The notes under the pieces are model-generated. The model saw nothing but the letters and a program-made list of their open reading frames with translations. It did not search any database and was not told where the DNA came from. A stretch of DNA of 62,445 nucleotides, the filler included, from Bilabrum cf. latius (Eukaryota), in the NCBI GenBank assembly GCA_965178125.1. It is 4 parts of 4 records of this genome, joined end to end, with 100 filler letters (N's around TTAATTAATTAA, not from the genome) between each part and the next. Parts side by side here need not be neighbours in the genome. Positions count along the whole stretch, not along the records: positions 1 to 29,863 come from CBCXTV010000017.1; 3 more parts are not named here. One strand, given 5' to 3'. The number at the start of each line of letters is the position of its first letter. The first letter of the stretch is position 1. The translations under genes were made by a program, and so were the position numbers. Of the stretch, positions 1-10,500 are shown one piece after another.

Positions 1-885
1 CCACGCGGCTCCGACTGTCCCTTCGCTCATGACCCCAGCCAGCGTGGGTCGGGCAAGGGCAGCGGGAAGGGGAAGGGCAAACGAGACCGAAGTTCGAGCC
101 GGCCGAGCTCTCCGTCCCCTTCTCCCTCGGGCGACAAGAAGAAGGTGAAGTGTCCGTTCTTCGCCCGTGGCAAGTGCGTCAAAGGAAAGGACTGCGACAT
201 GACCCACGCCAAACCATGCCACGCCTTCCAAAAGGGCGAGTACACAAAAGGGGACGATTGCCAGTTTGCACACGTCCATGTCGCACGTGAACAGAGCGGG
301 GGGCGACCCCCGCGGGGAGGGTCACGCGGGCGCAGCCCGCCGAGACGGCCCAAGGCAAAGAGCGCCGGCGGTCCGGCTGCCATCGCCGTTGTGTGCCATG
401 ACTCACCTCGCTCACGTGTACGCTTCGACGATTCCCCCTCGGTGAGGAAGTTTAGCGTGGAGAACATGTCAACGAATACAGCCAAGCGTCAGAAGATGTG
501 GTCTGCTCGTGCATCTAAGCGGAGCACCAGTCCTCGCCGCACCAGTGATGCCGTCGCGGACAAGGCCCATCTTAAGGCAGTGCGTTGGTCCAAGGATCTT
601 GGTCTGAGCGCGGGGGGCGACCCCCGCTCGGACAACTCGGTTGCGAGGGCGGAGGGCGACCTCTGCATGCGCAGCGCGAGGAAATCCGCCGACGCACCGG
701 CGCGCGTCGACATTGATGCCAGGCCCACTCGACGATGGATCATCGACACAGGCTCTTGCATTGATATTGTGGATCAGAGAACGTTGACTCCGTACGAAAA
801 GACCCGGACTGAGAAGGTCGACGAGCCCATCGAGCTCGCGACGGCAAACGGTGTCACGCACGCGACGCAGCTGTTGAGCACGCGT
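1..885 (+). CDS. Partial LTR-retrotransposon polyprotein (Gag C-terminus with CCCH zinc fingers, then aspartic protease), truncated by an LTR insertion at 886
   Basis: Frame 1 is open from base 1 (PRGSDCPFAH...). CCCH-type fingers CPFFARGKCVKGKDCDMTH and CHAFQKGEYTKGDDCQFAH (degenerate). Protease motif WIIDTGSCIDIV followed by IELATANG. Confidence 0.8.
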
Positions 886-1568
886 TGTGTTCCTCGTGCG
901 CCCAAAGCGTCGCACCCAAAGCGTGCGCCATGCGCAGTCGCGTCAGTCGCGTCAAAGCGACAAAGAGCGAAACCGTGTGACGTACAATCTGCTGTTAGAG
1001 TCGTTGCGTCTCGTCGGACCCGCAGCACCTTGTGATGCACAGATGTTCAGTCCTTTTTGTCACACGCGCTCCGAACTTCGAGCAGTTCGTCGCCGCTCCG
1101 TGAGCACTTGCATGTCTGCATGTCATATCAATTCGAAGCCGTTGGGCTGAAGCGAGGCCGCAGTCTCGCTCTCAGGGCTTAGCGCTCAGGCTCAGAGTCG
1201 AGGGCAGACCTTGTCAGGATCGGCGGTGGATAGGCGGAGACGGCTGGAAGATCAGCCGACCGCGAAGGCACAAGGTTGCGACCGTGTGCCCCGCTTCTGC
1301 GTTAGCACTGATTCCCTGACACTGCGAAGCCCGCGCCCCCTCGCGTGCACAAAGAGCCCGTTCGCGTACGCTCGGCCATGGCGTCTTCGCAGAGTGATCA
1401 TGACACGGGTCAGCATGTTGATGGAGATGGTTCGAGCGGTGCGACATCGAAGGACGAAGAGATAGAAGTGATGGGAGACGAAAGTAGCGCTACTCAGGTG
1501 GACCCTACCATCTTGCCTCCGCAACCCGATGTAGACACGATCCCCACTTTTCGTATTGCCGGAGCACA
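886..1568 (+). repeat. 5' LTR
   Basis: Near-identical to 12801-13488. TG...CA ends with an 8-bp imperfect inverted repeat. Boundaries are uncertain by a few bases. Confidence 0.85.
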
Positions 1569-4500
1569 AACTGGTGGACACACTGGGGACGGTGGAGGCC
1601 AGCTCCGGCTCACCGACGGCCCACTAAACGCCGCGGCTTCACGGTCGTCAAATCTCACCCTTGCGCAGGGTCGCGGCTCGCCGCAGGCGCTCCACAACGG
1701 CCAAGCGACGCGGCAGCACGAGTTCCAAGACGCGTGTGCCGACGTCACCACGGAACTTGGAAGCGCGGTTTCGTTGGAGGTCGCCAGCCTCCAGCGCGGC
1801 GAGGGCCAAGCAGCCTCGGAGGTCGAGAACTTCCGTGCTGTCGAGAGCGCGGCTGTCCGTGCTCTCTCTCACGCGCCGTTTCCGGGTCGCCAGCATGCGG
1901 CAGTTGAGCGCTCCCACGACGAGTTAGCCCTCAGTCCCAACGGGACTCGTTCGAGACGCGCGTTTGTCAGTACAAGCCCGACGACGACGAATACACCGAC
2001 GCAGCCGTCGACACGACCCACGCTGATCCGACTTGCCGTCGGCGGGACGACTCCTTGGAGCCGCCCCCCTCGGCATCGCCCGACAAGCGGGGGCGCGGCG
2101 AGCGGAAAGCGTCCGTCCGCGGGACCTGAGATCCCGAACTCCATGACGCACTCCGGCGCTGACGGGCCCAGACCCGGACTCCGCGCCGCGATGGTGACAC
2201 CCCGTTCCGTTGTCTGTCAGTTGGTCGGAGACCTCGACAGGGAAACGTTCGACGCATTCAGCACGACTGACTTCGGCGGCAGGACCGCCGATGGCAAGGC
2301 GTTCAAAGCGCCCGACCATCCTGAACGGGAACGACGTAGGCATCTCCCCGAAGCGCGGCCGAAACATGCCGCTCGTCTTGACGACATTTCGGAGGTGAAC
2401 CACGCCATCCGCGAATGTGGGCGTCTGCAACCTGACCCCAATGCAACGGCCGATCTGGTCGAGACGTGTTTGGACGTCCGTGTGCAGGTGCATGCCCCGA
2501 CGCGTACTCATCATTCTTCGTCGGGCTCGGACCCGATGTGGGCACCGCGGGAAACTCAGGACTTCAAGGCGAAAACCGCCGAGAAGCAGCTCGCGATGTT
2601 TTTGGATGACCCACCGGACTATCCGTGGTTCTTTGACGACCCGGCCAAGTCTGGACATACCGCTGGAAGATGGGTGCGACAGCGGCCCCGGCCACGACGC
2701 AGGCTTGTACTTGCGCAGGTCGATGGTACCGACGCCGACGCCGCGTTGACGCCGGCTTGCCCATTCCTGCAGGGTTCCCTCGACATTCCGACAATACCCA
2801 CCAGTGGAGCGGCGGACGCCCGTCCTCTCACAGCCGACGGTTGCCAGACCGGCACCGCGAACTCGCGACGGCAACGGACCAGCGCAGCTTTGGGAGGCTG
2901 GACCTCCCGAGCGCGCGAGATGCCCTGCGGAGCAATGGCGAACGCCTCTAGTGCCTGCGAACGTGTGGGCCGCACGCTCCTCGGGGGCGCCACGTCGCCT
3001 ATTGTTGCTTTCCAGGATGTCGCGGCAGACCGCGCCCACGACGAGGGTCAGAAGGCCACGTCCTTCCGAAGCGTGCCTCGTGAGATCCATGCATCACAGC
3101 TGAAGCCGCATGCTTCGAATGAGGCTTGCTCGCAGACGCTCCGCCGAAGGGAACAGGCGCTAGTCGAGGTGTCAGGTTCAGAAAGATGCAGAGACGCACA
3201 TGCCGACGCCCAGCCGGTCAAGGCACGAGATCGCCTCGCATCCGAAACCGCTTCGTACCGACACGCACATGACGAGGCGACCGCACACCATGACGTAGCG
3301 ACCTTGTTACCGCCATCATGTAGAACAGTACCGCCGTCAGCGCTGCCGCACGGGACAGCGCTCGTGCTCGCCTTGAACGGTCCGACGGCCCTGCACTTCG
3401 TACCGCCACGCGCTTCGAGCAGCACCGCACCCGCGGGAGCGGGCGCTCCAGATGGCGCCAGGGGTAGGCTTTCGACCTGCCCGCTCGATTGCCCGGTGAG
3501 CAACCTTTCGATTGACTGCCGTCCGGTACATGGCAGCATGCCACTTCCCTGTGACGGCTCTGCGACAGCGCGTCTCGACTCCAAACGCTTCCGAGCCGTC
3601 CTGGCGCCAACGTCGTCGGTTGCAACGACAACGTGCGACCATGGCGAGTCTTCAGAGGCCGTCGTGTCGACACATAGACACGACGATCGGTTGCCGGCCG
3701 AAACGTGCACCGAAAGAGCCACGAAGGAGGACAACGACGTCGACGGCCACACTGGGACTTGCGACGCCAACGAGACCGAAAACAACCCCGAGGCCGCCAG
3801 GAGGGTCGCGGAGAGAGTCGCCACACGGGCCCGCGCTGTCGAGGCATTCAGCGCCGCCCCCGGCTTGGGAGCCGAGGGTCGCTACGGAGGTCTTGTCGAT
3901 GGCGCCCGCTCCGACGCCGCCGCCGACGCCGACGATGGTGACCCGACGATGGTGACACAACGGTTGGGTACGGCGGGTCCGTGTCCTCATGCTGGCCGAG
4001 AGCGCTTGAAGAACGAGCCGGGTAGGCGTATCCTGCCCGCGCAGCCAGCTCCGGGATGGGCGAAGGAATCGGGCAAGCGCATACCGCAAGTGCGACCGAT
4101 TCCTCCGCCGTGTTGTCTCGACGCGCCAAATACCGGTCCGACTTCGTTGTTGACCCAGACGCGAAATGGTAGCGCCCGCGACCTTGTAGGCAGGAGACCC
4201 GCGCCCGAGCGTGACCACGTGCTTCTCTCAAGGAGCGGGCTTGCCGTACGACCGATGCCGCATCACTTCCGTCCACTCCCCGTCACAAAAAGCAAGGTCA
4301 TCGCACGTAGCCGACCTCCCGGCCACTCCGTGCGAAGCTCCACGGACAACGTTTCGGATGCCGTGGGTGGCCGAAAGACGAAGCGGCAGACCCAACTCGC
4401 GGATATGCCTTCGACCTTCACGTCCATCGCAATTGCGCTTCTCGCATTGCTCGTCAGCCTGCTTGTGTTCAGGTCCACGGTCGTTCTCCCGGCTCGTTCG

Positions 4501-7500
4501 CGCGGGGGATGCCACGGCGCAAATTCCACCTGTGTCGTTCGGATTTCGTTGGAAACGTCCGAGGACCCGCGTGCTTTCGACCAGCGCCTCGCATGGGGCG
4601 CCCTCAAGCAGATTCGCACGGCAGCTACGTTGCCTTACGCTTCCCTCGATGAAGGGGCGAGCCCGTTCGTCCCGGCACGCACACGTGCCGAAATCGAGGT
4701 CGCCGACGCCGGCCACTCTTTTGACCGTCCGCCCGCGGACGACGACGGAGACGAACCTCAAGTCTCCGCGGGGGATATTTGCACGGCTATCCTCGCGGCG
4801 TTCGACGTTCCGCCGCCTCTAGCCGCTGCCGAGTTCGTTGCTGTAAATGACGTGGTGCGGGTGCCACCGCCAACCCTCATGGCAGTTGGCATCACGCGTC
4901 CACCTTTCGCGGTTTCGAGCGCCACGCGGCGCTCAGGAAGCACGCCAAAAGCCGCGACGTTCGAATCGTGCATGTTCGTGCACTCCGCCGCAGGATTTGC
5001 CGCAGCGGATGACGACGCATGCGTATGTAGTTACGTCAGCCGGCCCGGCTCGATGCCCGGCCACTCGGACCTTCTCTTGCACGCCGACGTGCCGAAGGAG
5101 GTCGAGGCCCCGGATGCCGCTCGCGAGGCTCCGACGGAGGCGTCCGCTCGTGGACACATGAGTTACTCCCTTGGCCCACGCGGGGGGTGCTCAACGATAA
5201 CCCTGCTCGCGTCGACGTGGTACCATTCCCGGGACGACCAGCGCGTACCGAGCAGGGGAGCCCTGCCCGCGTCGACGCTGTACCCACTGCGGGCAGACCA
5301 GCGCGTACCGCGCAGTGGCAAAAGGGTCCAGCCAGCGGTACGGCCAGCCGCCGCTAGGGCCGCCGCGAGCCCGTTCGCGGAGAAGGGGGCGAGCTCGTTC
5401 GTCCCGGCGCCCGTGCGCGTCGAACCATCGGGGGCGAGCTCGTTCGTCCCGGCGCCCTTGCGCGTCGAACCACCGGGGGCGAGCTCGTTCGTCCCGGCGC
5501 CCGTGCGCGTCGAACCACCGGGGGCGAGCTCGTTCGTCCCGGCGCCCGTGCGCGTCGAACCATCGGGGGCGAGCTCGTTCGTCGCGGCGCCCTTGCGCGT
5601 CGAACCACCGGGGGCGAGCTCGTTCGTCCCGGCGCCCGTGCGCGTCGAAACATCGGGGGCGAGCTCGTTCGTCCCGGCACGCGCAAGTGCCGAAGCCGAA
5701 GACGCGCGAGTCCACGTGGGGGACGACCTTATGCGCCTGCCAGAAGAGCGCATGATCCTTCCCGTTCGTCTCTCTCATCTCCACGATGGTCACAGCAATA
5801 ACTTCGTAGTGCAGCGCCCCGCCGTGGCGCTAGGCAGGGACGGACAGACGCGACAGTGGTCCCGTTGCAGCCGGCATGATGTCGCAGCTGGCTCCCTCGA
5901 GACCGCCGTAGGCCACGAACGCGTGCGCCGCCAGGCTTGGAGGCGCACGGAACGAGCCGTAGAGACCGGCGACTGCGGAGGCTTCGTAGTTCAGCGTCCT
6001 GGCGAGGGTCAATTCCTCGGCCGCGGCCGTTACCGCTTTCACGGGGATCCCGAATCCGACCACGTCTTTCGCATCCACCTGCGCAGGCTTGATCTGCGGG
6101 GACATGGAACCGTGTATTGGGCATCGTCCACCGACACGTGGGTCGGAACCCCGGGAGCGAGCTCGTTCGTCCCGGTGCGCGCACGAGCCGAACCGCCCCG
6201 CTCGAGACCGCTCCGTTTCCGTTCGGCCGACGACCTCTCGAACTTCGAGCACGGCGCGGAATACCAGCTCACTCCGGTCATCGTCTACCCCACCGCGTTG
6301 GATGGAACATGGCCGCGCCGACCGGTGGCCCAGTTCCTTTCTTTCGTCCACGCGGCCGCGGAGTTTGCAGCAGCGGACGACGAGGAACGTGAACGTCCGC
6401 TCGTGGACGACGCAGTGGAGCCGCGCGCGCTCGCTGAAGGCGCGCCCGCGGCCGTGCCTGCCGAGGCCGACGTCCCGCTGCCGCCTCCCGCCGTTGCGGA
6501 GGCCGCGGCCGTAGCCGACGACGGTGACGAGGGCATGCGCCTGCCCGTTGAGCGCACTGTCCTTCCCGTTAGACCTTCGCATGTCCGCGACGATCATGGA
6601 GAGAACTTTGTAGTCCGGCACGGACGACGCTTGTTAACGCCCCTCCGTTTTGGATCTCTAGCCGAATCCGGCCCGGAGCGACGTGCCGGCGACCAGCCGG
6701 TGCGGGGCGTCGTCGAAGCCACTCTTTCGGACGGGACGCGCCCGCGCCGTCCGGCAGTTCGATCTCTCCCACGTGTGCATTGTAGCGACAGCGGACCGTG
6801 TCAGCGGGCCGCTCCGGCTTTGAAGCCAGAGGAGGATCTCGACAGTCCGCTCGTGGACGAGGCCGCCGTAAGTCTCAGGAGAGACTGTCCGCGCGAAGAC
6901 GAAGAGGACGACGATGGCGACAGCACGCCGGGCTCGGACCCGCGCGACGAAGACGACGAGGACGAGGAGGGTGACTACGGCGGTGACGACGGGCCGTTGC
7001 TCTCGGAGGAGCAGGACGAGAACCGGGGAATGGCGACGAAGGAGGAGCCTAAGGCAGACGCGAAAGGGCAGCTGCAGGAGGAAGAGCTACTGCTCGCAGC
7101 CCGCGCGCACACAACGCCTGCGCTGCTCACCCCGAAGTATGAACACCACGATCCGTTGTCAGTAGGCCCCGTGCTACTTCGGTCGTTAGCTCTTGATCCG
7201 TCGGTTGCTTTGCCCGCTACTCACCAGCAGTGGCGGTCGCCAGCACTTCGCTCCGTCGCTGCATTTGCTTTTCGCGGACGCCGGCCGCCGACGCCGAGAG
7301 CCGCAACATGCGAGCAGGATCCCACCATCGGTTGTAGCACTCTTCGTCGCGCTCCGACACGCGGGCTGGGTCCCACGGATGGTTGTAGCACCGTCCGGCG
7401 CATACCGGCTGGTCTCAGGTCGGCTCCGTCTACACCGTTTCCGGATTGCTACTCGATCCCGCTTTCGTCAGGCACTGCCCCACAGGCTTGGGGGGCGACC

Positions 7501-10500
7501 CCTTGCCACGCGGCCGACGGGACCGAGCCGTGCACAGTGGCCGGCGCTTCACGTCGCCCGATCCGTGCGGGAAGCGCGACTAGCGTCGTCGGTACGGCGG
7601 CGTACTCCAAAGTTGTCTTGGAGGACGCGTGTCCCATCGGAGCCCGACGCGACACCGCAAACCATGTAGAAGTCGTCGACCGTCCGTCAGTCTTGCCCAA
7701 CGGTAGGGCCCGCCTTGACGTTTTCATGATAGGTACCATGCGGATTCGTCTGTCCGAAAAGCCCGACAGATCACCACAGATGACGAACACTCATCGCGCG
7801 CTTCTTATACTTTGTCCGCCCGTGGGCACGTCGGCCCGCGCCGACAGTTCCAACAGTCCGCCCGTGGACGCATTGGCCTTTGCCGACCGTTCCAACAGTC
7901 CGCCCGTGGACGCATTGGCCTGCGCCGACAGTTCCAACAGTCCGCCCGTGGACGCATTGGCCTTTGCCGACCGTTCCAACAGTCCGCCCGTGGACGCATT
8001 GGCCTGCGCCGACCGTTCCAACAGGCCGCCCGTGGACGCATTGGCTTGTGCCGACCGCTTCAACAGTCCGCCCGTGGGCGCATCGGCCCGAGCTTACAAC
8101 TTCGACAGTTCGCTCGTCGATGTGTCGATTTTCGCCGACTACACCGCCAGGCCGCCCGTGGACATTTCGGGTTGCGCCGGCGAGCCAGCCCGTCGGCCCA
8201 TGGACGATCCGAGGGACCCCGACAAGGTTCCAAGCGCAGACAATCTGCTGCGTCTGCATGTGGGAAGGCTCGACCATCCCGCGACGGACGTCCTCCCGGT
8301 AGCGTTCGCTAGCCAGGATGAACCTCGACCGCTGCCGGAGTTCGCAGACGTAGCGCGTGAGGCGGTGAATCTCGATGAAGTCTTTGCGGTCACGAAACCG
8401 ACAGGTCCGCCCATCGACGATTTCCCCGATCTCCTGGGAGATGCGCTCGAGGAAGTTTCGACAGACCGGGCTGAGTCCCAACTGCTCGCCGATCTGGTCG
8501 TGCGCCCCGCCGCCGTCGACGACGTCTCACGTGCGGACGGGACGCCAGGGTCGTTAGCGCATTCGGTCACCACGACTTCGGAGCGCCCAGCGGGAGACGA
8601 CGCGTCGGAGCCGGCGGTTGCTTCCAGCATCGCGGTTCCGCTACACTCATTTACGGCCCGCAGGCTACTTCCGATAGAGTATGCGCCCCTCAGAGTTCGC
8701 GTGGGGCTGGAGGCCGGACCTTCAGCTACAACGGCCGCCGATACGGCCGACGAGGAATGCGACGAGCACGTGGACGCCCAGGTTCCGCTTGAATTGTCCA
8801 CGTATGTAGATCTCGCGCCGCACCTTCGCCAAGGCGCGGGGTGGAGCCGACATCGACTGACGCTGAATCCATTGAGCACATTACTCACACCCTCACGCGG
8901 GCGCGCGACACTGGATACACGCAAACAGGATGTGTCGTCGGGTGCGCCTGTGCACCTTGCGCTCGTGGCCAGGGCTTTTCCTCCCCGCCTCGAGCGTGGC
9001 GTTTCCGTATTGTCATGTTTCCTTGCTGGATTCGGACGCTTCCAGGGCTCCACGACGGTGCACGTTGCTCGTCCTCCGCCGCCTCTTTGCCCATCGACAG
9101 CAACGCTCGACGCAGCGCCGTTGTGCTACATCGTGCGCACAGCGTGCGGTAGCGATTGTTCGGGTGGTGTGCAGATGCCGACCACAGACACACGTGACGA
9201 ACCAGACGACTCTCCGGTGGAGGCGTTCGCCCCACCGCCAGGCGTGGCCTTCTACGTAGCTGCCGTCGTCTGGCCACGCAACAAGCTTCTCCAAAGTTCC
9301 ATGGGGGATGCTCACAATCCTCCCGCTGCACGGCACGAGGCTATACCTCCCGCCGGTGCTGCTGTAGCCGCCCCGATCGGGACAGCCGGGGTGTTCGACG
9401 ACGCCCGAGCTTTGGGAGATGAAGCCGGGCGCCCGCTGCGCGCGACACACATCCATACTCCCAGTGGGAAGGACTCCGCCGCTAAGCGCAGCAGCGATGA
9501 CGGGCAACGCGGTCCCCCGCCGCCGCCAGCCGACGACGACGACCACGACGACCACTACGGCCACGACGACCATGACAACGACGACGACCACGACGGCCAT
9601 GACAGCCACGACGACCATGACAATCACGACGACCACGACGACCACGACGACCACAACGACCATGACGACCGCGACGATCGTGCGAGAAAGACCGACGGCC
9701 CTCCGGTCGACTCCACCGCATCACCGAGGACCGTCGCCGCAGACCGTCCCTTCGAGGACTGCGCTTGCGATCCGCCGGAGGTTCCTCGCGAAACAGTTCG
9801 GGATCGTTCCGCAAGGGACGATGTCCTCGAGCTGCCCGTGACGCTTGGCGTTGTAGTCTTGCCACATCCGTCCGAGCACGATCCCGTACATCCCATCAGG
9901 GATAGCCGCGCCGTCGACGCCGTGGCGCCGAGGGTTGGACCCGCGGTTGCCGCACCGGCAGTCGCCGCGATAGGCGGCAAACCGGAAAACTTCACGTATG
10001 ACCCGCTCGCGGGCCCAGGCACGACCATCCTCGAACGTCTATTTGAGGACGCCTTGCGTAGGCTGCCAGATGCCGTTTGCGTCGCCGCCTTCCTCCGTCC
10101 AGTTGGACGCGCCTGCGTCGCGTTCGGCAGCTTGGTCCCACACACCGTTAGACGGCATGGTCCCAGCCGGAGTGCACCGCACCGCGCAGCCCCGGATGTT
10201 GGCCACCCGGCCTCCGGTGCAATAGCAGGAGCCACCGGACGCAGGCATTTCCTCCGCTTTGCATTTTACCACGTCGGTCGTATCTCGCATCGCCAAGTGG
10301 ACTTGGGCTCTGCGGTCCCACGTTCCGTATTCGATTCAATCGCACACAGCACCGTGCCCGGTCGCGACAAGGATCCGGACGCCCACGTCTTCCGAGCTCC
10401 CCTGCGCAGGCTGGACTTGCGCAGTAATGGCCAGCACAACGCCGGGTACCGGGGAGCAGTTCACCTAGTACGGACCAATTCGACATGCTTCTGTCTGGAC

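Noticed and set aside
5386-8090. Possible CRISPR arrays
   Set aside because: Contiguous tandem repeats without unique spacers, and no cas genes.
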